Source of the DNA: Felis catus
Taxonomy: Eukaryota
Length of the DNA: 64,000 nucleotides
Assembly: GCF_018350175.1 (NCBI RefSeq)
Contig: NC_058368.1
Location: 211,856,001-211,920,000 of the forward strand
Direction: 5' to 3'
Both the position numbers and the translations under genes were made by a program. This document shows positions 1-13,591 of the stretch, in pieces (positions within the stretch are counted from its first letter, which is position 1; each line of letters starts with the position of its first letter). The notes under the pieces were generated by a model that did not search any database, was not told the DNA's origin, and worked only from the letters and a program-made list of their open reading frames with translations.

Positions 1-253
1 TCAGCCTGTCAGCGCAAGGGCACAGTTTTGCACTGCAAATGCTGGACCAAAAAACCCCTGATGGTGAGCACTTTTTCTTGCCATTAATCAGCCACCAATT
101 AATCAGTAATTGGTGGTAGTACATAAAAAGTACTTCATTTCATTGAATAAAGAATCGTTAAAAATAATACACATTTTTCGGCCATTAACTCTCAGGCTAG
201 CAGAATGGATTATAATGAGGCAGGATAATCAGTTATCATTTGTGTGTATTTTT

Positions 254-558
254 TATTTTATATCATTTATTTATTTTTTTAAATATTTTTTAAATTTTTT
301 TTAAATTTTTTTAACGTTTATTCATTTTTGAGACAGAGAGAGAGAGACAGAGCATGAACGGGGGAGGGTCAGAGGCAGGGAGACACAGAATCTGAAACAG
401 GCTCCAGGCTCTGAGCTGTCAGCACAGAGCCCGACGCGGGGCTGGAACTCACGGACCACAAGATCATGACCTGAGCCGAAGTCGGCCGCTTAACCGACTG
501 AGCCACCCAGATGCCCCTTGTATGTATTTTTTAAATAATTTTTTAATGTTTATTTAGT

Positions 559-607
<49 letters not shown>

Positions 608-734
608 ATCTGAAGCAGGCTCCAGGCTCTGAGCTGTCACCACAGAGCCCGATGTGGGGCTTGAACCCTTGAGCTATGAGATTATGACCTGAGCTGAAGT
701 TGGACACTTAACTGACAAAGCCACCCAGGCACCC
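254..734 (-). mobile_element. Two tandem/nested CAN-SINEs (SINEC_Fc type)
   Basis: Two bodies ending ...gccacccagatgcccc (517) and ...gccacccaggcaccc (734), with (GA)n tracts, poly-T tails and nested TSDs. Confidence 0.93.
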
Positions 735-1129
735 ATCATTTGTATATATTTAAAAGCGGGCATAACTACATAAATTTGATTTATTTCTGCAAAGTATTTA
801 CAAAAACCCCTGGTAAGTATGGTTTCCCCTAGGGAGGAGTACTAAAGGAACTTGGAGGTAAAAAGTGGAGTATAAGCTTATTTCCCACTTATTTTTATAC
901 TGTAGTTTGTTTTTTTAATGTGCATAAGTTACACATTGTTCTCAAGTGAAACTGAAAGCAAGGGAACATTTTTGTTTTCTCTAATAGGAGATAGGGTGAA
1001 TGAATTCTGGCACGTCCACAGAGTGAATATTATTCGGCTGTTAAAAACTGTGCAGTTGCTCTCCGTTAAGTGAAATACAAAGATACGAGGAGAGTTGGTT
1101 ATAAATGAACGTGTCCAACATGATCCCAT

Positions 1130-1558
1130 TAGTGCTCCTCAAAATGTGGTCCTCAGACCCAGGGCATCAGCATCCAGGGGCTGTTAGAGATGCAAATGCC
1201 CAGCCCCACCTCAGACCTACTGGAGAAGACAGAGCCTACTGGAAGACAGAGCCTGATACTCTGTTGTGTTTTTAAAAATTTTTTTTTTTTAATGTTTATT
1301 CTTGAGAGAGAGAGAGGGAGAGAGAGAGAGCAGGGGAGGGGCAGAAAGCGAGGGAGACACAGAATCTGAAGCAGGCTCCAGGCTCTGAGCTGCCAGCCCA
1401 GAGCCCGACTCAGGGCTTGAACTCATAGACCGTGAGATCATGACCTGAGCCAAAGTCAGACATTTAACTGACTGAGCCACCCAGGTACGCCTCTGATTAT
1501 CTGTTTTAACGAGTTGTCCAAGTGATGATTAAGGATGCTACAGTTTGAGGAGTACTGC
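1130..1558. mobile_element. MER5A-like hAT-Charlie fossil interrupted by a CAN-SINE (~1279-1491, -)
   Basis: ctcaaaatgtggtcc...cagcatc...ttagagatgcaaat...ccccacctcagacctact resumes after the SINE with tttaacgag...agtttgaggagtactg. Confidence 0.75.
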
Positions 1559-1724
1559 ATTAGGGCACCTGTATACACCGTTTCCTGTATGTCTGTAAGT
1601 GCATAAAGGGATATCTGAAGAATGACCATCAGTAGGGGCTGGGACGAAGCATTTCCCCCAGCTTTTCTACATCACTGAAATGGTTTACGATAAACATGTA
1701 TAATTTTTTACACAACTTTTTAAA

Positions 1725-1930
1725 AAGAGATATGACATAACTTGGTGCTTTTTAGTATATTCCCAGGGTTGTGCAACCATCACCACTATCTAGTTGCACC
1801 ACATTTTCATCACCCCGGAAAGAAACCTAGCAACCATTAGCAGTCACTCCGCATCCCCTCCCCCTGACCAGGTGTAAGCAACCCCTCAATCTACTTTCTG
1901 TCTCTATAGACCTGCCCTTTCTGGCATTCA
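1725..1930 (-). mobile_element. Old L1M 3' fragment
   Basis: gttgtgcaaccatcaccactatctag...aatctactttctgtctctata, typical antisense L1M 3' UTR. Confidence 0.75.
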
Positions 1931-2098
1931 CTTGTGTAATTTTGAAAACCTGAGAAAATGGTAAAGCTATGTTTATTTGGAAAAAACACAAAATGAAAGC
2001 AAAGGAAGGTAATTTGATGACAGGACATTTTATTGGAAACAAAAATGCAAATCATCCTAACTCTGGATTTAGGTGATGTATGTTTCTTTCCTTTTTAG

Positions 2099-2275
2099 CT
2101 TTGATTGCTGATCCAAGGAGGAGGCTGATTTGGGCCATAACCATCACCATGATAGGCGTAGTTCTCTTTGATTTTGCTGCTGACTTCATTGATGGGCCCA
2201 TTAAAGCCTACTTATTTGATGTCTGTTCCCATGAGGATAAGGAGAGGGGCCTCCACTACCATGCCCTCTTCACAG
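2099..2275 (+). CDS. SLC45A2: SLC45A2 (MATP) coding exon 2, 177 bp
   Basis: ttttag acceptor, G|gtaag donor. Translates [58 protein letters not shown], recognisable MATP sequence. Confidence 0.97.
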
Positions 2276-2609
2276 GTAAGGAATGTTCCAGAAAGTCTTT
2301 CCTTAAGTTCCCCAGACAGGGAGGCACTTCCTCTGATGCCATCCAGTGTCTATGGATGTCAGAGTTTTTGAATGAATGGATCTGTTGATGGAATGCTCCC
2401 ATCACGCGGGCTCTGTGTTTCAGTGCATTTCTCTAGACAAATCAGCTTGTGACTAGGCTATGGAGTTTTTGCAAAGGAAGTTTACGTAAGAGCTTTCTGA
2501 AGAGTCATTTGTGGAGACATTTACAACTGCAGTGAAAAGAGGCCTTGTGCACTTTGCTTTTTGGTGTTTTTTTGTTTGTTTTGTTTGTTTGTTTTTTGTT
2601 TTTAAATCA

Positions 2610-2778
2610 CTAAGGTGGAATCAGCATTACCTAAGAGCTTGTTAAAAATGCAGCTTCCTGGGCCTCTCTTCCAGTTATTTTGATTCAGTGGGTTTGAGGT
2701 GGGGCCCAGAAGTCTACATTTTTAATAAGTATCCTGGATGATTCTGTGGCAAGTGACTTAACAACCACATTTTAAAAC
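2610..2778. mobile_element. MER5-like DNA transposon fossil
   Basis: cttgttaaaaatgcag...gattcagtgggtttgaggtggggcccaga...catttttaataag. Confidence 0.65.
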
Positions 2779-4577
2779 AAAAATAGAAACAAACCAAGCA
2801 AATGAAAAAATCCCACATGTCCTAGAGATTTCTTAGTTATATAAACAGTTGGCATTTCCTCAACCTCCTGCTTTGAAAAAGGCCATGCCCGAGGGACAAT
2901 GGGGGGCTCTCTTCAATTCTTGGGGCTATTGGCAGGCTCCTTTGGTTGCTGTTGAGTCATTCATTTACAGCAATGCTAGCAACGTTCAATATCCATTTAT
3001 AGAACACCAGTCAGGACTGTTCTAGGACTGGGAAGTGGAGGGGGTCATACATGAAATTACAACATGATCCTGTCCTGGGAGTGTTTTTATATCTAGGGGT
3101 GGGGCTCTGTCAGTCCACCCTTTTTGATGTCTTTATGGCCCAGCCGATATATTTATTTCATATTTTGATATGTTCTGTCTCCATTCATGGCCAGGTAGAT
3201 CCCATAAGAAGCAGGATCTTGAGTTTTGTTCAGTTTATTTTCCACAGCCAAGAGCAGTGCTTGCCCATTGAAGCCACTGGCTCAATATTTGATGTTCGAG
3301 CAAACATCTAGATGGTGAACTCTGGAAGAAAGGGGGCTGCACAGCCAAGAGAGTAGCTCCTCCTTGCTTTAGGGAAGATGGAGGAGCCAGAGTCCTGCCC
3401 ATCTGTCAGTGGCCCCTGACCACACTAGCCTGCAGCTAAAAGGTCCCACAAGAGAGATTCAAACTGCATTCTCCTAACTTAAACCCCATAATTCCTTCTG
3501 CTTGATCATAATTTGCTGAAATTAATTACAACAGTGGGAGACTCTTGGGCTTTCCAACCTGACACATTGAGAGTTTTACTGCTCTCAAGTACTGTGGGCA
3601 ATGTGGCCACCCTTTCCCAGCAACCCCCCCACCCCCCCCGCCCCGGCTTATGTCCCTGTTAGTCTTGGCTAAACGGTCTCTGCTTTGTTGTCTCGTATAT
3701 TAGAAGATTGAATTTGGTCCTTGGGGAACTTTTCAAAGGCTAACACATGGTAGTATTTCTATAAATCTGAGAAAATATCTTGGCATTTTCTGTCAATATT
3801 AGTGTATGGTGGTCTCAGCAAATATGGTATAATTTTCATATTACCTTGGTTCAGGCTCCCACTCCGTCTTGTCTGAGCTTTAGCACTTTTCCCTTAACTA
3901 TCTATCTAGCCTCTAATCTCTTCTGATTCCAATTGAAACAAAACACAGCCTCCAGATTTATACTCCTAAAAGCAAACTATGACCAGGGCACTCTCCTGTT
4001 CCATCACCTGGAGTGACTCCCATTTGCCTGCTGGGTAAAGAACAAATTCCTAGACAGGATTCAAGACTCCCCATAATCTGTTTCCATCCTACTCTTCAAG
4101 CTTTACTTCTCATTACTTCCTCCACATTTTCTGTGCTTTGAATAATTTCCCAACATGCTCCTAGGGGCAGAGGCCAGCTCTGTTTTACTCACTGCATCCA
4201 TCACACCTTCAATACAGCCTGGCACATCATATGTGCTCAAAATAAATATTAATGGGACAAACAAAAGAGGCTGTCCTTTCTGTTCCAACTTCTGGGTCTT
4301 TCCTCATGCCCAAATTCCCTTACCCCTTTCTCCATTTGGAAATCAAAGCTGCATGGAAACTTTTCACCCCCTTCCCAGGGAGAAGACCCCCTGTCTTCTA
4401 AGTTGCAGTCAAACAACTTCTAACTTGGTCAGGGACCCCACGCAAAAATTGATCAAAGCAAAAGTATCAAGTAGATGAACATAGAGGTGTGAATGAGGTG
4501 GGTAACTTCGGCAGGAAGAGATGGTAAGATAACAGTTCATCTCATACATATCCTGAACTTCATTGCCCTTGGGGCCC

Positions 4578-4922
4578 GTGTCATCTGCTTGAGCTGCCAT
4601 AACAGAATACCACAGATTGGGTGCTTAAACAACAGAAATTATGTTCTCACACTTCTGAAGGCTGGAAGTCCAAGAACAAGGTGACAGCAGGCTTGGTTTC
4701 TGGTGAGACCTCTCTTCTTGGTCTGTACCTGGCCATCTTCTCACTCTGTCCTCACACAGCCTTTCCTCTGTGCATGCATTCCTGGTGTCTCTTCCTCTTC
4801 TTACAAGGACACCAGTCCTATTGGTTATGGCCCCACCCTATGACCTCATGTAACCTTAATTACTTCCTTACAGTCCTTATCTCCAAATATAGTCACATTG
4901 GGGCCTAGGATTTTGACATATG
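4578..4922 (-). mobile_element. MaLR (MLT1A-like) solo LTR
   Basis: gctgccataacagaataccacagattgggtgcttaaacaacagaaat...ctggaagtccaaga signature. Confidence 0.8.
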
Positions 4923-6016
4923 TCTCTTTTAAGGTAGAAAGCAAAGCTTTCCTAAAACTCACACCGACTTTTGCTTGTTTCTCATTGGACAGAATTAGGC
5001 CACAGAATTAGGATATTGGGAAAGTGAGGGTTTAGGGCAGGGATGGGAGAGTCGGATCCTCTCTATTTGGGTTCTATTTGCCAGGAGGAAAGGTAATTAT
5101 TTTCAAAAAGGCCAAAGCTGGTAGATATCACATAGAATATAAGCACAATTGAGTATTAGCCTAATGAGAAAAATTAAAGACCAAGACTATTGCAAGAAAG
5201 AGCTTTCAAAGCCCAATCTATTAAGGAATAATTGACAGGTAATTATATTTTAAAGTTATACTTCAGTTCACAATTTTACCTGACCACATTTATTATAGTA
5301 CTGTTCACAGTCTTCCCTGTATTATAATTAAGTGTGTATTTATCTTTCTCTTTTACAAGATTTTGTAAAATACAAGATTTGTAAAAACATGAGTGTTTTC
5401 TTCCCCATGGCTTCTAACCTATTGCATCATTGACAGCAGGTACTTAGAAATGTTAGTTACATAAAAGGAGACTTTTATAACACTTAAGTTTCATGCAGTT
5501 TTACATCAGGTTGAACTGCGTGGCAAATTGCATCAATCAGATGAATATGCTCATTTAATCACCTTGCTTTGTCTCCTGACCAACACTGAACTCTGAATCC
5601 CAGACAACTGTCTCCAGTTATAGGGGGACCCTTGAGAGTGTGTGGATAGCTCAAAGCAAGTTTTTTTTTTCCTATTAGAAAAATTAGCTTAAAACATCTT
5701 CCTCTTCTAAAACAGTACAGTAAAGTCTCACCTCATTTAAAACTTAGATTCTAGAAGTCCATGCCTAAGTGATAATCACAGAGAGTCTACATTATTCATG
5801 AATATCTCTCAGATCACACATAAATACAGTATACCTTTTTGCCTTGTTTGTATGCACAGACCTGCATAGTGACGGATATACATATAAATATATCTGCAGA
5901 AACATCTGCTCTTTAATGTTTACTGCTGGACATGGGCTCAAAGAAAGAGGTAGAAGATAGGGTCACCTGTATTATTTAGAATGTTTTTCTTTTCTCTCTC
6001 CTCCCCTCTCCCCCCC

Positions 6017-6208
6017 CTTTTTTTTTTCTGAGAGAGAAAGAGAGAGTGGGCAGGGGAAGGGAAGAGGGAGAGGAAGGGAAAGAATCTTAAGCAGGCTCCA
6101 CACTCATCGCATAGCCGGACATGGAGCTTGATCTCACGACTGTGAGACCATGACCTGAGCTGAAATCAATAGTCAGATGCTGAACCGACTGAGCCACCCA
6201 GGTGTCCC
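6017..6208 (-). mobile_element. CAN-SINE
   Basis: Poly-T, purine tract, ...aaccgactgagccacccaggtgtccc. Confidence 0.9.
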
Positions 6209-6639
6209 AACTCCCCTTCTTTTCAAAGTGTGAATAGTAACTGTCAATGCTCAGTTAAAGATGAATGTGCGACCCCACCGTAGTGTCCTTGCTCTGAATG
6301 GAAGACCACATTGGAAAATGGAGTGAAAAATAACAGTACATTATCATACTTCTCTGTCTTTGCATACAGGCCAGATCTCCTGAATGTACATGAACCTGGC
6401 AAAGAGATATCTAAAGCATACTCCTTGCATCAGGCATTTTATGATAAAGGCCTGTTCAGTGTCAGAGCCCATTTTGATTTTCATTCACCCAAGGAATTCA
6501 ATCATCTGAGTAAATTGAAATCCTTCTTATTTATTTCAGAGCTATTTATTTCATTTTAGCCTAGGCCCAACAATTCCAAGTGCTTTGCAAAAAATGTCAA
6601 AGGGTTTCTTGCCAAAATATTTCCCAGCATATTTCTGAC

Positions 6640-6673
<34 letters not shown>

Positions 6674-9600
6674 AAAGACTCTACTGACTCCCAGGGGAAC
6701 ATTTTAGTTCCCCAGCTTCTTCTCTCTCTTATATTTAAAGGTAACTAAACCTACTCTCCCTCCATCCCTGACATATGTGGTGTATTTCATAGACACACCC
6801 TTGTCTTGCTACCCCATGCCTTCACCTCCGGGTGCATCTGGGCCTGCAGAACTCACATTCACGAGTAAAGAATTCCTTCTTTGTGCCAGAATGCTTCTAA
6901 CTGAGCACAAACCTGCTAAGTTGAACCTAAGGCCTTGCTACCATTAGCAGTTGGCTCTATCCAGCAGGGGGTGGCCAGGGCAAAGCATGATGGGAAAGGT
7001 TGTCCCGTTTCAAATCCTGGCCCCTTTTCTTAACTGCTGAGTGCCTTTAGTATTTCTGAACTTTTGTTTCCTCACAGGGTTGTGAATCTTCACACAATGT
7101 TAGTTATTAATATCCTGCCAAATGCCCAGAGCAAGGAATCATTTAAAAGGATCAAACACCAAATGTCTGTGTTTAGTTCATTTTTTTCTGTTTCCACTGG
7201 GCTTGTAGAACCCATCAAAGTTTTTTTGTGGTGACTCGGAGAGGAACTTGCCCCCAGGTACATCATTGCAAGAAGATTGGGTAGCTTGTGGAGCACAACC
7301 TCTTTTAATTTTTCTAGCTTTTTAATATCTCAGGTTACAAATGCTCTGGTTAAGAGTAATTAAGGACTAAGAAAAGACTATTAAAAATGAAGTTTAGACG
7401 TGGGCTCCTATGAGCAAATCTTTCACACAAGTGGAAAAGATGCTGTGTTTCATGTTAAAGTCTGTTTGAATGGTTTCTCCTTGAGTAATTGCCGCATGAA
7501 TGGTTTTCTTGTGTCAACTGGGTTCCCTTTGAAGTTTCTGTCACTCGTGGACTTTCACATCTCCTCAGTCACTTAGCTTAGGAAGGATGTGGCTAGAGGG
7601 TAAGCCAAGGACACAGGAATTTCAGCTTTGTGGGCAACATGGATGATTCAGAGCAAAACAATTAATGTCTCCAAATTGCCATTTCTTTTCCATTCAAGTG
7701 TGAGCAATATACGTCTCAAAGAATCTCAAAGGCAGATTAAAGAAACACCTGAGGGGATTTTTCCTTGGCTCTGTCCTCTCCTTGAAAGCTCTTCCCCCAG
7801 ATACCAAATCAACTTGGCTCGTTGGCAAGTTGGTCACATGACCCCTCCTCTGTGATGTGTTTATCATTACGTGACTATATTATTTATTCATTTGTTTATT
7901 GTGTATATTATGCTTCTGTACCTGACCTATATAAGCTTCCTGAGAGCAGGAACATTATCTTTCCTATTCGTTGCTATAGCAACAGTCTTTAGAATATTCC
8001 TGGAATATGCTCAAGAACTATTGGTGGGACAAATATTGTATTTTAGCATCCTCATTGTACCTTTGAGGAAGCTGTGTTACTAAGAGGTAAAGTGATTAGT
8101 CCAAGGTCACGCAGCTAGGTAGCAGTAGACTAGAGCAGGGGCAAAAGCCCTACCAACCTACCAACCAACTAAATCATCAGCCAACTAAAAATATGGTTTA
8201 TGTTTTTGTCCAGGCTCCCCTAAAAGCTGACCCCAGAGAAAGTTTGTATGCAGAGTTTACTTGGGAAAGGATTCCAGAGAGTGAGAATGAGGGAGTGGTG
8301 CAGTGGAACAGACCAAAGAATACAAGAAGCATTCAGAGTTGGCCTTTGCTCTAGGTGACTGTCCATCTCACCAAGACCCTCTTAGGAGCCTAATGTAGTT
8401 CATCTCAGAACTTTCTCTTTGAGGGGATCAAGAAGGGGGATTAATCCATTGGCTCCAGTCTCTACTGGCCAACGGTGGTCCCACGGGTGTGAACCTCACT
8501 TGTGTGAGTGCTGACCCCGACCTGAGTGTGGGTCCAGATGCACCTGAAAAAAGGTGGTCAAAACTGGTTTGGAACTGGCCACTGCAGTAGCTGTTGGAGA
8601 AAGGGGGGGTTGCTGAGAAGACCGGCTGTATTGTACATGGGCTGTCCCTTTCAGTTCATGACATCTAGTCCTGAGCTTATTCTCTCTAGCATAAGTGCTT
8701 CATGCTACTCAGTCGACATTGGAAGGGTTAAAGCATTTTGCAAAGTGCTCAGTGATTTATGGTAAAATGAACACTTATAGTACTTATAGTAAAATGAGCT
8801 GTTGCAACCCAGAACTAAAATATTAATTCTGCAGAGTTAAAGAAAACTCAGGGTAATCACAAATGGCTCCAGACCCCGGCCAATTAATTACTTGACCTTG
8901 CAGTCATTTCTAATCCTTAAGAAAAGAAACAAGAGTCAGGATTTATGTGTCATGTCAGGAAATGAGAAGTTTCAGGAATCTTATCTGAACTACAGTAGCA
9001 ATGGTTATGCATATGCTCAAATCAAGAAATTTGCTTCTGGGAAAATGGTGAGATAGTTAAAGTGAATATGCCTTTATGTGAGCCTTATTGCATTAGACAT
9101 ACTAGTACATATCAGTAGCTTTCAGCACAAACACAAATTGCATTTGACCTCTGGCAAACACACTACTCCAGTTCTCTGCATTTATTTAATTGTGGAGAAG
9201 AATATGATTTTGGCACTGCTTTACTGCAAATCTTTTTGCCTACAGCATAGCTTATGCCCAATAATGGAAAGCATTGGATAAATCTTTATGTCGCAAATGG
9301 GTGGGATCCTAAACCCCAAACTTAATTTAATTGCTCCTTTGTTGAGCCCCATCACCACAGGATGGTGGAAATTTAGTCTCAGTTTGGAATGTTCTCCCAT
9401 CCCTTTACCCAAAGGTTGCATCAAAGTCCTGGGGACTTAGAGTGCAAGGGCTTGAGGGCATAGAGTCCCTGGGTTTCAATGTCATCTGCTCACCCTGGCA
9501 TTTCCTGAGATGTCCATTGTCCCACCACATCTCGGCCAAGCTGAAGTGGTCACAATGGAGTCATCTCTTCTCATCTGTAAGGCCCCTGCAGAACCACAGG

Positions 9601-9716
9601 GTTCTCAGCCCCCTCTGCCATTCTGCTCTTCCCACACCAGGCCAGGGTGAGGTGAACTCTGGGAGCTGCAAACTCTGTGTTTTGCTTTCCTCCTCTCTAA
9701 AATAGAGATAAAAATA

Positions 9717-9964
9717 CAGCTGATCAATTATTCGTGGGTTGTTACTTACAAATTCGCTCACTAAAATTTCTTTGTAACATCAAAAGCAATACTGTTAGCT
9801 CATTGCCAGTCATTTGCAAACAAGTGCAGAGTGTAGGAGGGCAATTTGAATCACCCACAGCCTCATGCCCAGTTGAGGTAGGTCCAGGTAGCACTCTGCC
9901 TTCTTGTTTGGTTTTCATTCTGTAAACAATTGTCCTTTAGTGGTGTATTTGGTACCAAATTGTT

Positions 9965-10006
<42 letters not shown>

Positions 10007-10373
10007 TTCATTGCTTAAGATGGTCCCCGATGTAGTGCTCAAGTGCCGTCCGGGCTTCAAAAGTGCAGGAACATTGTGATGTGCCTTGTGGAGACAATAT
10101 GTGTGTTAAGTTTTGTTCAGGCATGAGTTATAGTTCTGTTGCCCATGGGCTCAGTGCTAATGAAGCAACGATATATACTAAATATCTTTAAATGGAAGCA
10201 CACCGTGTGCCTAAATGGAAAAGCACTGTGTTGTTCACTTGTTGAAGATGTGACTAGAAGTTTGCAGTAACTTAACCCCGTATTTCTCCTCAGAGGAGTC
10301 ATTTGCTACTTGCTAATTCAGTGTTTGGGGTGACTTTCAAGAACACAGCTACCACTAATAATAAGAATATATT
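9717..10373. mobile_element. MER44/Tigger7-like DNA transposon fossil with internal (TG)n
   Basis: Recalled consensus blocks: tgtgatgtgccttgtggaga, ttcaggcatgagttatagt, gctaattcagtgttt. Confidence 0.7.
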
Positions 10374-10376
10374 GCA

Positions 10377-10538
10377 GGGCCACCTGGGTGACTCAGTTGA
10401 TTGAGTGTCCAACTCTTGATCTTGGCTCTGGTCATGATCTTATCATTGGAGAGATTGAGCTCCATGTCGGGCTCTGTGCTGACAATGCAGAGCCTGCTTG
10501 GGATGCTCTCTCTCCCTCTCTCTCTCTGCCCCTTCCCT

Positions 10539-10577
<39 letters not shown>

Positions 10578-10605
10578 ATAAATAAATAAATAAACTTTAA
10601 AAATT
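10377..10605 (+). mobile_element. CAN-SINE
   Basis: gggccacctgggtgactcag head, (CT)n, aaaataaataaataaa tail. Confidence 0.92.
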
Positions 10606-11402
10606 AATATGCTGAAGTACTTTCCTGAAAGGTTGTTGTGAGGATTGGATGAGCCAATATAAGTTAAGCACTTGGAATAGAGACTGACACGGTAAACACT
10701 TCTATCTAGACCCACCACAAGCCATTTCTTCCTCGAGGTCTTATTGCCTCCCTGGGGTCTACCCAGGGCATGAGGCGTTGGTCCCTTCTGTTCTGGGATG
10801 CCCCTAGACATTTGGGGGTGGTTCTACCTACACCCCCCCCCCCACCTCCCACCCACCCCCAATACCAGCTAGACCCTAGGAAAGAGGAGCAAAACCACTG
10901 CCTTAGGAATTCACCGGTATATGTGCACCCAGCATGAATGCCTTGCTCTTAAATCCCATTTTCTACTGAATCTTCCTTCTATGTGTTTGGAGCCTAAGGG
11001 CTTTTGAAACTCAGAAGCAAGAAGACAGATTCTTGTTTCTGTGCCTTCCGCTTTCATGTCCTTCCCCCAAAGCAATGAGGTATTGCGGCTCAGCTTGAAT
11101 GTGAAGAAGGGCCCAAAGGGACAAAGATATAAGGAAATACCCCAGGACCACAGGTAGTGGTGGGTGGATGGAAACAGTGGTCAACACTTTAAATGTTATC
11201 TCACCATCTTTTAGAAGAAAAGTTGCCTTGTGAATCTAAAGAAATGTCAAGCTGCTTGTGTCTTCTCTCTTTGACCAGAGTATATGTGTCTGTTTGATTT
11301 TCCTTGTACTTTCAGCGTCCAAGAGGGCAGTTCACGTTTGTCTTATTCATTGCTGTGTCCCCAGTGCTTAGCACAGTTCCTGGAGAGTAGATGCTCCATC
11401 AA

Positions 11403-11616
11403 TTTTTTTTTTCAACGTTTATTTTATTTTTGGGACAGAGAGAGACAGAGCATGAATGGGGGAGGGGCAGAGAGAGAGGGAGACACAGAATCTGAAACAG
11501 GCTCCAGGCTCCGAGCCATCAGCCCAGAGCCTGACGCGGGGCTCGAACTCACAGACCACGAGATCGTGACCTGGCTGAAGTCGGACGCTTAACCGACTGT
11601 GCCACCCAGGCGCCCC
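11403..11616 (-). mobile_element. Young felid SINEC_Fc with perfect 17-bp TSD
   Basis: TSD atgctccatcaattttt at 11391-11407 and 11618-11634; CpGs largely intact. Confidence 0.95.
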
Positions 11617-13257
11617 AATGCTCCATCAATTTTTATTGATAAACAAATAGGTCTGAGGACACACACACACACACACAGTAACTGGTACTTATGGTAATTC
11701 TCCAGGATTAGTGTGTATATATTGGGGGAAGGTAGGAACCATATACCTAATTAAACACTTTCATGGCTATTTTCTTAGCATATAGAATAGAGTCAAAATC
11801 ACTCTCTTGTGAACACCATGGAAATGGGCGGCGGTGGGGGGGGGGTTTAGTCTGATCTCTTGCTGAAGTGAAGTAGCTGGCAGCACACTGTTAGCTCTCT
11901 TGACTTAAGCTATTTTGCCAGCAGAGTATGGATTGTTAAGCCACACCCCTGAAGCAGAGAGACAGCTACAGGTACATAGCAGATGTGGAGTTTGTCTCAG
12001 ATAGATTCTCTAGAACTGAAACTCCCCCGAATTACCCATTTTACCTATTATAGTTGCAAACTAAAGAAAAACAACCCTATTTCAGTGTGTTTGGATTTCT
12101 TCCAGGATGAGCCATTGTTGGAGTTACATCGTAAGTTATGAAATGCAACATCTATCTGTCAAGCCGTTCGTTCTTCTGAGGTTGGCTATGGTCTGAGTTT
12201 GCAACATGGCCTGGCTATGTGAAGGAGCCAGCTAGATCATTTATGGGCTCTTCTTTGTAAAGGCCTGTTATCTGACATCAGCAGACGTCCTGTGGATGTT
12301 TCATCTTATGGTCTGGCCAATAGCCTGATGATTAATTCCAGGGCCCCAATGAGAGTGATGTTGGAAGAGAGATAAATGCAGTCTGGATGTAGATGTGGGA
12401 GTTGTTATTGGCCTTTGTTGCAGCTAAGATGATGGGGCTTTGTCTTGAGACTATCTCTGAAGATAAAATCCTTAGCTTAAGCAAAAGCAGCAGAAAGGAA
12501 AGCCTTCCATGAATTCCTACAGCCCTCTTCTGGCCCTTATCATATCGGAGGGTGTGAATAGATAAAATTTAAATGTTTCCATCCAGAGTTTTAATATGGT
12601 GTCTATGGAATAATTACCCAATGGCCCACTATTCCTTCACAGGGCATATTTTGTTGTAACATTTACAACATCCCCAATAGCTTTGGGAAAAACAAAACAG
12701 TTTTGCCTGTTTTGTTTTCCTCCCCTCCCTAAGAGGATTAGAAATTCTCCAAGGTCCTTGAAGCAGGTGTCAAAATTTTGCTTGACCAATTCGTGAGGGA
12801 ACTGACAGGAAAGACATAAAGAACAGTTCCCCCAAGTTCTTGCACAGTGTGTATGTGTGTGTGTGTGTGTGTGTGTGCACATGTGTGTGTGTGATTAGCA
12901 AAAGAAAAAGTGGTAGGTTAGATATAAATCTGATTAGCCTTCTACAAGTCAGTAAAACTATAAGTCCTCTGTAATATTTTTGTTACAAGTATGTTTGTAA
13001 CTCGTCTATTAGGCTATAAAAACATAATACAAATCATAGAACCCTAATAATGTCTGCAAATTAACCTCAACTTTATAGAACTACACATCATTGTGCGTTG
13101 TCAGTTTTAGACTGTTGGTCAAATATCCTGTAACAACAAAGAACTGTTGTTACAATTTCCCAAGAATGTCAGATAAGGGTGGACCAGGTTGGTTGGAAAC
13201 TGCTCAAAAGAATCCAGGATCTCAGGCCGTACCCTTGAAGCTTTAAAATCAGAATCT

Positions 13258-13591
13258 GTGCTATAGATTGAATGACTCCATGTATACGCTAAAAACCTAA
13301 TACCCGATGTGATGTTATCAGGAGGTGGAGTGATTAGGTCATGAGGCCTCATTCATGGAATTAGAGCTCTTAAAAAGAGCCCCGATAAAGTTACCTTACC
13401 ACTTATGCCAAGTGGGATCGCAGTAAGAAGACAGCCATCAACAAGAAGCATTGCATCACCAGACACCCAGTCTGCAGACGCCACGGTTGTAAACTTCCCA
13501 AACAACAAAAGTGTGAGAAGGAAATCTCTGCTGCTCATAAACCACACAGCTTCTGGTATTTTTGTGCTAGCAGCCCAAACAGACCAAGACA
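13258..13591 (+). mobile_element. MaLR (MLT1A/MST-like) solo LTR
   Basis: tgctatagattgaatg start; ...tggtatttttgtgctagcagcccaaacagaccaagaca end. Confidence 0.75.
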
